Below, in pieces: positions 38,061 to 49,200 of a DNA stretch of 64,000 nt (position 1 is its first letter; the number at the start of each line of letters is the position of its first letter). Both the position numbers and the translations under genes were made by a program. The notes below the pieces were generated by a model. That model searched no databases, had not been told where the DNA came from, and was given only the letters and a program-made list of their open reading frames with translations. The stretch comes from Takakia lepidozioides (lineage: Eukaryota > Plantae > Bryophyta). Location of the stretch: positions 51,956,001 through 52,020,000 of the forward strand of contig CM060732.1 in assembly GCA_030704615.1 (NCBI GenBank), read 5' to 3'.

Positions 38061-41000
38061 TCATGTAAGGTATGGCTGCAATCTTTCGCGGGCCACCTCT
38101 AATGGAGTGTTCATCATTTCCCAGATCTTTTCCCCTTGGAACAAAGTGTAGGTGAAGAAGGGCTTTTGCCCTTTCTTGATGGACATCTTCACAATCTCCA
38201 TGAAATACTTGAAATCGTCGACTGTCGCAATCACCTTCACAAAAGCAGACAATTTGTCAAAACTCTACCATGGCTAACCTCTATCTGTGCATGATAGGGG
38301 GCATATGTGAACACAGTGGTGTTGCAGGAAAGTACCTGGCAGCCGGCAGAGAACTTTTCAACCATATCTGTATACTTCGTAAGAAGAAACTTGTACTCAG
38401 CTGTGTCTTTGATACCCGCATGATGGATGTTCACTCCAAATAACCCTTCATCATCATGGCTGTGCCATACATACACGCACCAACTAGTCCATGAGACCTG
38501 CTACAAATGCCCCATAAAAGAGACAACCAGTTTTGGCTGGGAATAAGCTCTGACAGCACTTTTATCTTGATAGACAGTTGTTGTGTGGCACTATGCTGGC
38601 TGGGGCTTTGTGTAATGTCTCAAGAGACAGTACCTTCCAATTACTCCGAAGTCAAGCTTGCCATCACGGTCATGGTCACGCCACACCTTCACTGGTCGTC
38701 TTTGCAACAAAGCTTCATAACACCCATTGTGCATACCAACCTGTCACCTTCCAGTTACTTTCACCTGGTGTGGACAGCTGGACAATAACTGTCATCTCTT
38801 TCTGCTGTTTATATCTGTTTTAGTCTCGAGGCTTCTCTCTTTCTGAAGATCCTTTGGAGTTGGGGCTAGATATAGCAAAATGAGCAAAGTGAAAAGATGG
38901 AAATGTCCCCGTCCCACTGCTTACCCACCCACAGAGAAAGAGGGAGAGAGAACGGAGAAACACACATGGAGTCTAACTCCTTAGTGACATACAAGTAATG
39001 TTTTCAACTTCAGCCATCAGTACTAGTGAACGAGGAGCAAGGAGCTTGCTGAAGGAAACTCCAGAAGGAAGCAGCATGAAACTTGAAGGTGACCTGGTCA
39101 ATATATAGGCTTTAAGTCATTGCAAACCTCATAGGCATCCTGATACTGCCCAGGACAAAGAATAGCCGTGCCACCAGGGCCACCCCAACCCAGTGTTAAC
39201 CACGCTCTCCCTGGGTCCACAGATGCCGTATATGTTGTCACCTGATCCACCATAGCAGCAGTCCTTAGATTTCATTCCACTAGAACTGGACACAATGGGA
39301 TCTACAGTGGTCATCAGGCTCACCTTGGTTGCAAGGTGGGTTGCCCCTTTTCCAGGCCCCGCAGTACTATATCTGGCAGACCTAGTTGCTAAGACTGAGC
39401 AAAATCTATGCTTTGGATCCAACAAAGTTACCAGGGCTGAATCATCATGATATAAATCATGTGCTCGAGATAACCATAGATGGTTGAGATTCAGTGACGT
39501 ACCACCCACTCAGGATTTTTGCCACGTTTGGAGTTAGTGCAATAAACCACGGACAAGTGATCGTCAAATGCCCCCGGCTCATCGGATGGATTTCGCACGC
39601 CAATGATATTAAGCTTATAAGGCTCCTCATAGAATTCATACCCATTCTCTTTGCATGCTTCACGAACTGCCTGCACAGCCAGTGAAACAACAATGCATCT
39701 GGTGCTTGAGGCCACAAACATGAGACCACAACTCGTTTCAAATACACTGAAAAATCATGTCAAATATTGTTCACACAGTTTTTTCAAACCTCAGATTAAG
39801 TGTTATGTGCATTTTCAAGGACACTCTTGTTCAGTGACAAAAACCAAACACCTTGACCTGAGGTCTAAAGCATTGAGCAACCTTCAAGCACTCAAAATCC
39901 TTCAAACTTTCACATGAAACTTGACTCGACCAGGATAGGATTGAAGAGATAGATACCCCAAAGTTCAACTAGTATTGCTATTCTTTTGATGAGCATGCAT
40001 TCTCAGATCGATATTCCTAATGGGTCACCCCTTCATTATTGATGCCCTAATCTATCTGTCTTTACGGTACTTTCCCGGGCTAATTGGAAGTAAGGACCTC
40101 AAACAAAGACTCATGGGATGAGAGAAACACCTCGGCATAGTTGTGTGCCACCTCGCCTACATAGGTCTGTCGTGTGCTAGTCTCCAGCACAATTGCAGTA
40201 CATGCCTTCGTACCTGCAAAACAGCTTAGCGCAGCTCCCAAGAGGACCGCTGCCACCCATCTCCACCTCCCAGTGTTTTCCTCTCTGTCCACCACATCTC
40301 CAGTCATATGCATATCTTGGACTACAATCGTCAGCACTAGAGCACCAACCATGCATAGTGAGTCGATTCTGAGAACAGTGGGCAACAATGCTGCTTTAAC
40401 AGTTCCTGCTGCAAACTTTCTGCTCGAAGAACTGAGCCTGAATCCTCATGCGACATCCATATGGTCTTACTACAGATGTTGTGTTAGAAAGTCTGGAGGT
40501 TAGTTGGATCCTTCATCTAAGCTGGTCTGGTGTATGAGCAGATACCCTGTCCCTCTCAAACCCACAAGAATTTGTGCAAGAAAGTGGTTTTTGTACAACC
40601 ATTTGTAATCAGGTGTGGACCAAGAGAAGAAATAGCAGCAGATTGCAGAAATCTTACCCATCATTGGGGCTTGCACTGCCGCCCCCATCATTGCTGTCAT
40701 CCCCTCCCCATCCATCACTGCCCCTCGCTCCTCCATCTCCCTCACCTCCACTTACTAGTAAGTCAAGCTCTATGGCCTGAGGAAACCTGATGGATACTCC
40801 CACATGGCTTTTGCATGATCTCAGAATTTTCCGGGGAGAAAACACTATTATTGCTGTCATTCCAGTGGGAAAGCAGTCTTGTACTGAGATAGCATTATGG
40901 GGTCTAACAGCAGCAGGTGAAAGATATCTTGAAGATATCTTGAAGGTTGTAACCTTCAAACTCCGTTCAAGCTTTTGTGTAAGATAAGGAAGGAAAGTCG

Positions 41001-41124
41001 AAACTGGACTCGAACACTTCCCAAACTGCTGCATGAGGAGATTTCTTTGAGCGGGGAAGAGGGCACCATAAGAAGCAGATCTACCACCGAAGAGTGAGGA
41101 TGACAATGAGTATCCAACAGCCAT
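38061..41124 (-). CDS. Predicted plastid-targeted membrane protein with a bacterial/phage-type YkuD (L,D-transpeptidase)-like catalytic domain, 7 exons, 463 aa
   Basis: Exons (minus) 41124-40658, 40368-40131, 39670-39503, 39241-39128, 38740-38634, 38459-38336 and 38234-38061; all GT-AG, phase-consistent, 1392 nt, no stops. Domain motifs: KLNIIGVRN..FDD, SVDPG...GTAILCPGQY, GMHNGCYEALLQ..PVKVWRDHDRD, GLFGVNIHHA...FSAGCQV...DFKYFM...FTYTL. The joins of the two 5' exons are less certain than the five domain exons. Confidence 0.8.
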
Positions 41125-43238
41125 TCTGAAGTGGATTTCTCAAATCTGCACAACCAGCAACCCACTTTCATCCATCATGTAGCACATTGTCTCTTTCTAC
41201 CTTCCATTTCTCTCGCCATTCCAAGATTTAATATCTAAGAATCCTTTCTGTGCGTAGCCTGCACTGCTATAATCAGATTCATCAAGGAGAATATGATTAT
41301 GTACTACCATGACATGGGAGCCTCCATCCAAAAGGGCTCTTTAAGCATACATGCCTGCATAAAGCGGGACATATATCTCAACTTTTAGCTGTTTGAAGAG
41401 AAATTATGGAAATCAAGAGGCAATGCATCAAGATTTCCAAATTTCTGCGGTGTTCGAAAGCAAGGGCAAGGGAACAAGTCCAGGACATAACCCCTGCATC
41501 TGAAGTAGAAGTAGCCAAGGTTTTTTGCCCTTGCGGATACTTGGCAAAAAAAGGCAATTATACACACAAGGTACAGAGAAAATTGTGCTTCATGGCTAGG
41601 TTTGGTGGATTTTTGGGGATCTCAATTGCCAAAGTCCAAAACACTGGCAACAGGTTCATTGCAGTCATACCACATTGGTTGGTAATTGCTCTGTCTAGGT
41701 TGCTTTGCTCATGTTCTTATTGGCTCTCCGATTTCTGGGTTCCTAAGTGTTGCAGCCTTTAACCTCGTCGGAAATTGCTGCTTCTAGTCTGGTCTACCGC
41801 ACGTCTTCTTCACTGAACAATCCATCTTGGACCTTACTTCCTTATGCATTTCCCAACAATAAACACAACACTGACGTGGAAGAAAATTCACTACGGGTCT
41901 GGTTGACCCTGCACAAAACACCTGTTGTGAAGAATGACTAACCTTCGCAGCCGATTTTTTGATGGGAAGGCAAACCGCCTTCAGACCTCACGTATCAGAG
42001 TTCCATCACAGATCACATCCTCCTCTTCCCAAATGCTCAAATTGAGACCAACAACAATAAACCCATTAAACTCGACGCAGCTGAAAGCCGCAGACTCTAC
42101 AGAATCCGCTCCAGTCACTGCAATAGCAGCAGCAGGAGCTGCTGAATCTCTGTGACTGCCAACAGAACAACATCCTGCTGTGGACATATCCAAATCAGAA
42201 AAGCCAAGGGGAGAACAGGACAAGCGCAAGTTGCAAGCAGTGCCAGCCGGCATCTGCGAGAGGCAGTTACTATTATTAATATTAAGCGTCAGCTTCTTCA
42301 ATGCCCTTGTTTTCATCCACATTTCAGATGCACTGTGAAGTTTTGACGGCGTATCTCCATCTCTCTTGGGAAACCTTGACACTCCCTCCGTCGACAGAGT
42401 GCTTTGGTGTGGTGCTGAACACTCCTGTCTGATGTATCCACCATCTTTGTTATATCTTCCACCCAATGAAAGTCTTGCATGGTTGAGCTGATTGAACCAC
42501 CTCAATGAAATTTTGATGGAGGCTGGAAATCCATTTTCACGATTCCAAGAAGTAACAGAAATCGAAGTGTTCATGAAATTGCTTCCCAGCCGCAATCACA
42601 GTTGTGATCGGAGGCTACATGCACACGATCTGCGTCTTCGTGTTTGAACAATACAATCTCAAAGATCCAGTGGATCTCATCTACAATCAACCCTACATAT
42701 AAGGTGAAGTGGCTCTTAGTTACACCCAAGTCAGTTTTCGACACAGAGTGAGAGAAGACTCAACTGACTCGCTATGAAGAGCATGCAATTACATGTACCA
42801 TGTCCAAAATTCAGTAGGAGTTATGAAGATTTTGGGCCCTAAAAATTCTGTGAATTCCAAGTTACAGCTCACAAATTTACATCTGCATTCCTACGGTTCC
42901 ACAAAGTCAAGCGCTCCAAAACAGTGTAGGAAGGATCTTTAGTTTTGAGACCTCATCTCCGCCAGATACGGATCCGGAGGTATACCCATTTGATTGGCAG
43001 CTCTCAAAATTTCAAAGAACTAAGGGAGAGTATGGAACCATGGGTATTTAATTTGAAAACAACCAATCAAATATGCCTTCAAATTAAGATCCATGAAAAA
43101 ACTGCCAGGTTTTGATTAGATCCATTGGATCTTTGAGGTTTATGCTAGTATCCAGATCCATAGGATAGGGAGAGAGAAGACGCCAGCAGTGACCACCGTA
43201 ATTAAGAGCCTCTTCACCTTTCGGCTATTGCCCCCTTT

Positions 43239-46200
43239 TTATGAGTACTTATAAACAAATGTGGTTTGCAAAGAATTGGAAAGGGGCTGCTGGGTTGATG
43301 ACAAATCTAAATCATGGGTGAAGACACTGGAGAGTGCAAAAAGCAGTAGCACAAACACCACTTGTGCACTCATGATTCCAAAGTGGCTGATGCTTTGGCC
43401 AATGTCCATCCAGCTGCCTGTAGTCTTCACCTGTGGATCCACAAACCACCATGGTCAAGTCTAAGTGCTTCAATCTACAACACAGGGACAATTCAAACAA
43501 GGTTTATCACCCTCCTGCCTCCTTTCTCCTGCCCTTTTCCCTCCTGAAATGGATGGGTAATAGCATTGTTCATAAAACTGGCATATGCTTTAGGTTAATA
43601 CCCTTTAAGATGAGGAGGCCGAGATGATGTACCGAAGGAACTTGCTGGAGACAACTGCCAAATCGTACGGAGGGGCATTCTCGGTATTCAGACTACTTGC
43701 ATTCCATACCAAGAGGCCACCTCTGAACTTTGAAGTAACCATGAAAAACCTCTTAAAATGGTCTACAATTGTTTTGTCTAATTTAGACCAGAAACAGACC
43801 AGCCTGAAATTGGTAAAATAGTGGAACACTTACTAGGAAGAAAAAGTGAATAGTCATGACATCAGACAGGAGGAGGACAACGAAGTAGCAGCCTAGTCTG
43901 GGCAGCCCTTGTACCCTTGTTACTGCGCTGAAGGCACACCTGTGTAACACCCCTCTCAAAATGGCAGACTTCAACTCCCGGTTTATACTATTCAGAGACA
44001 CAACTTTACTACATCCACAGAGGCCTGGCCAAGATCCCATGCAACACAGTAGAACAACAAGAAGCCACTCCAAAAATTGTCAAGTGCAATCCCTCAGTGC
44101 CACAACATGATGGAAAAAGTGGTCCATGCTATGTCTTTCAACTGGACATCTGGTAAAAGATACTTACGTGACAAGGATGAAAGGTACAAACAATTTGCAG
44201 AGCAGAAGGGCCCCCATTACATATGGCTGTACCCACCACCCATGGACCACACAACCTTGTTTGAGATCTCATCAAACATTAAAAATAGAGGCAATCTGTC
44301 AGGACCATTGCAAGCTAACACCAATGACTTAAACGTGTACTCAATCAAACAAAATCTTTGTGACATTGAGTAGACACTTTCTGAGCTCATGTGACAGATC
44401 AAAGAAGGAGCAATCACCTACACTATCACGAAGACCTAGGCAACATAAACAATCAAGGGTTGGTAAGACCCCAATGCACAAGATGAGAACTGCTACTTAC
44501 ATTGAAAATAGTAATGAATCGATAAACAGAAGATATCTCAAAACTAGCAACACTGGCCATATTCCCCGTTCCAAAGAATGCCACGTTGATAAGCACAAGC
44601 TGCCAAGGAATGAAAACAACATGACCCACCATTATTCTCTAATAAAAACTGCTGGCCCAATCCTCGACTAGAAAGGTAAACCAGTAAACACAAGTGGACA
44701 TCATACCTTGTCAACCACACATAGGTCAACTTCTCAATCAAACAATCAGTGATCTGTTTTATGATACATGTCCTTTCCACTAGTGTACCTTTCTGTGCGG
44801 TTATCCTGGGTGCTAGAGGAGCGGGGGAGAGAGAGAGAGAGAGAGAAGTAACCCCTTTAAAAAATATCAAGCAACACTGACGACAAAGCGTCTCATGTAG
44901 GTAGGCTATGAGGGACTTGGGCTCAAGGCTGAAAGTTTCTACCAAAGATCCTTAGACGACAGCATCTTCCTCATATCTTGTAGTATCCAGGACAGGAGAA
45001 AAATATAAAGGTCCCCAACCTCTACTTCTTGGTGGTATAGGTAGGAGAAATTAAATGGTGCTTTATAATGTCCACGGGAAGCTCAAAGAGCTTATGGGAC
45101 AAGAGGAAGAAAGTAACAAGAAAGAGAGAGGCGCCACAAACAGCCCTAAAGCACTAAAGCTCAAGGGAGAGAAAGAAGAGAGAACGAAACTTTATAATTT
45201 ACACATAGGGCCACAAAGACTAAGGAATAAAGAAAGAGAGAGAGAGAAATGAAATGAAAGAGAGAGAAAGAGGGATAGAACTTACGAAGCACAGAGCGAC
45301 ACGCAAATCTGAAAGCTCCAGAGCGCGATAGGGAAGCTTCAAGGACCCAGTGGGCTCTGGTAATGGAAGTAGTTTTAAATTATCCTGAAATGTTGATGCA
45401 CTAGATTTTCCCAAGAGCTTTGTTGGCACATTGGAGTTGGAGACTACAGACTCCACTAGCACCCACGATAACAGCACTGCTGCTAGAGCGCTGTAAAACA
45501 GAGCCTCGTACCTGGACACCAGATGGTCGGATAAGATATTCGCTATGTGGATATTCCAGATATTTTTTCCAAAAGGTATGCCCATATAACTTCCAGATTG
45601 GCACAAAATCGTCAGATCCAATTTAGCTACTTACATGTAGCACAAATGGATATCCACATGGCGGCCAGAGGCAGACATACCCTATGGAAAGGAGCAAAAA
45701 AAGCGGTGCAAAGCCAAGGAATATAGAAACAAGCCGCGCAAGCATTCCTCGAGGTGATTTCAATGGCAGTAGCAACGACAATCCTGATGTCACCATGCAC
45801 AACAGATAGCGGCATACATCAGAAGCTTCATCAAACGAAATAGATAGTGAACTCTACCCACCCCATTTTACCTACAATGGCATCCCACTAACCTGTGTGT
45901 AAAATTGCTAAGCTGCTTTCTAGATTTTTTACGCCAAATATGCACTAGTAAATAAATTAATAGGGATAACACTTTCGTTGATGGTCGTGCTTGCTGTTGG
46001 CCCAAGGACCCATGGGACAAGATACGACAGCAATAAACCACTTCAAGAAAACAAACAGATTGCCCCTGGGATGCTTAAAGGGCCCAAGAGACTGAAGAGA
46101 GAAATAACAAAAAGTTAAGAGAGACAGACCAGCCAGGGACCAATTGATAAATTGATGAAGAAAGGGAAGACCCCTTTTGTGGACCCTGTAAGATGTTGTC

Positions 46201-49200
46201 ACCCACACCATGCCTGATGCTGCTACCACCAACAACACCTGTTGCCATGTGCTCTCCTCGTCATCACAACGTCCATATTCTCATCATACATATTAACACA
46301 CTGCTAATCAGTTCCAAGAACCAGGTGCTGTAGCCAAGACCTTAAATGTTCCATGGAAAAGATTCCCCCATGAGTATGTTAGCAACATCACATTCACCCT
46401 CACCCCAATCCTAGATTGTGACTACCCACATAAGGAGCAAAACAACATGGTGCTTCCTCCTGGGTACCCACAATCTAATTTTGGGGACAAGCAAAAGGAT
46501 ACACTTTTGAAATTGTGCAAGCGAAAAGTGGCTACCTGGATAAAAAATAAAGGCCAGGAATTGTCAGATTTGCGAGTTGGGCCGCACACAATACCCTGTA
46601 ATGCTGGCTCTGAGGAAGGCAAGCAGTCCACCCACCGTGCCCAGATTGCAAGTGTCACCACCACGAGTGCACTCCCCAACCTGCCAACTCATACTAGATA
46701 CCAGGTAAGCAGTCTGTCATCTAAGTGACAACATGAAAGCGGCACTTTCAGACATACAGACATGCACAATTTCAGAAGAAATCAACACCCCACAAAGCAG
46801 GAGAAAGTGGTAATCAGATGGTGATATCTGCGGGATAGTACTCCCTCTGTAGAAACTAGTCCTGAAAAGCTCATGAATACCAAAAGAAAGAGAGACAATG
46901 AGGATTGCATGTCGAAGGATGGCGCATTGAAGAAAACCAGCGAAAGACAAGTGGAAACAATAGGGCAGACAAGGAAGAGAGACAAATAGCTTACACAAGG
47001 GAGGTATTGTCAGGAATTTGAGGAGGCATGAGAGTGAAACCCGACAGAAACACAGCAAGCCTCCCACACCAACGCCGGTACCATCGACAGGCCTGGGGTA
47101 TTACATGATACCACCACCGCGCCCACAACTCCTGCTACCATGAATACACCAGTGTAGACCTCCCTCTTGAAGAAACTTGCGACCTGCCATCATCATGCTT
47201 TGCTTGAGAATGAAATGAAATGGTATGGTGCTTTATAACGTCCGCGGAAAGCTCATAGAGCTTATGGGACAAAATGGAAGAAAACATGAGAGAGGAAACA
47301 AAACCAGAACCCAAGAATAAGAACTAATGTTCTAGCAATTGTCTAAGGTTGAAGGCCTCGTGCAGATAGGCTGCCAAGCATTTTTGATCCTCATAGTGGA
47401 AGACTTCAGTGAGAGATTGGTGTCCACTGAATAAACAGTGGAATCTCCCACGGATCTCGTAGTATAGAGGGCAGTAGAAGAAGAAGTGTTCTTCAGTTTC
47501 AATTTCCTGGCTGCGCCCTATGCAAGCTGGACATAGGCGGCCTCCCGTTGCAGGTTTCCCATCTCTCTGCTGCCATTCTCTATCCGTAGGTTTGAGATTG
47601 GGTTCCACTGAATAACAGTGGAATCTCCCACGGATCCTCGTAGTATAGAGGGCAGTAGAGAAGAAGAAGTGTTCTTTTTAGTTTCAAATTCCTGGCTGCG
47701 CCCTATGCAAGCTGGGACATAGGCGGCCCTCCCGTTGCAGGTTTCCCATCTTGCCAGTCTCTATCCGTAGGTTGTGGGAACCCACCCTGAACCGCCCCAA
47801 TGCCCTCAGGAGGGAAGGAGATAAGGATGCTGAAAGGTAATTTGACCTCAAGATTCTATCTTCTCAGAGCACCAAGAATGTCTCTCGATAGAAGTGGAGC
47901 TTTGTCGTGAGATTGGGTAGCTTCCAAGTTTTTCTTGCATGTATTCCATAAGCTCTCTCCTAATGAGGTCGGTTGCGGTCATGTCTGGATGTGATGTCCC
48001 CCCATCTGATTCATTGTATAGGGAAGCAGTAGAGAGTCCGTTGCGCTGAAATAAACTGTCCACTCGAGCATACCAGGAGAATGAAAGGGGGGTGGGGGAG
48101 AAAGACAGAAATAAACTTTATACCGTCCATAGGGGCCCCAATGGGACAAACAACAGAAAAAGCCCATATCAAATTACATCAAACCTCACCTGAACACTAG
48201 GTGCCCATTCAATCCAGGTAAGCTGCCAGACACTTCCGGTACCAGAAACTGAGGATCTCTCCTCCAAAGAGTGGGAATCTCTAAAGAGAGTAGTATTTTC
48301 CCCCTACTCTTCGCATGTAGGACATGATACAAAAAACTGTACTGTCTCAACTTCCATCTTTCTAGCCTTGGGAGCCTCTATACCAGCACTCCGTGTCTCA
48401 ATCTGGAAGGAGTGGGAACCTGCCCACTTGATACTTCACTTTCTGTGCTGGTTAGATTCTTTCCTTACACAACAATAGCGAGCTTTTGAATTGTGCTATG
48501 CAGAGAGTTCTGAGGTGTAGTATGCATCTTTACATATAGCAAAATCCCCCCCCCCCTGGCTCCTACCATAGTTTCAATATGGAATATAAACAGAGGTGGC
48601 CTTATTGCTCTAATGTTGTTGGAGAGCCTTCGAAATTTGCCCAAGGTAGGTAGAAAGGTAGAACAATCCTAAAATGTCCCTAGGGCCAGCAAGGGCCCAT
48701 GGGAGAAAACTAACAAAGAGAGAAACCCACAGATGAAAGCTTCAGAGATGACAATGTGCAGATTCCAAGAAGAGACGTATCGCAGAATGAACTATAAGTA
48801 CTTCCTTCTACATGACTCTTGTTTAACCGTTGTCAACATGTAGCCATATCTGTGGGATTAACGCAGATGAGACTTAAGGATTGGATAATTAAAAGGAAGT
48901 TCAATAAGGACTTACAAGAAGCTCCAGCACAAGAAACGACATGGAGGAGCCCGCCACAACTTTGATCCGCCATGCAACTTTGGCTGACCGGATTGCACTC
49001 CTGATCCTTTGTAATAAACCAACATCCCTGAATATTTCAGTCCAAAAGAACACCGCCAAGGCCAAATATACATGATAAAGCAGGGGCGCACGTTCAAAAA
49101 GTAAGAGAAGAGAGCTGGCTCCCATAAACAGTCCTCCTGCAAGGCGCACCGACACCATATGACACAGTACAGTTTGCAAAACTTGGTTATGACTTTTAAA

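Noticed and set aside
38061-41124. Bacterial contamination as the source of the YkuD-like sequence
   Set aside because: It has six spliceosomal introns and lies between plant kinesin-14 and PIGN genes with similar composition.
41981-42595. 204-aa minus-strand ORF between PIGN and the YkuD-like gene
   Set aside because: No recognisable motif, and I found no convincing in-phase splice to the downstream gene. It may be UTR or intergenic sequence.
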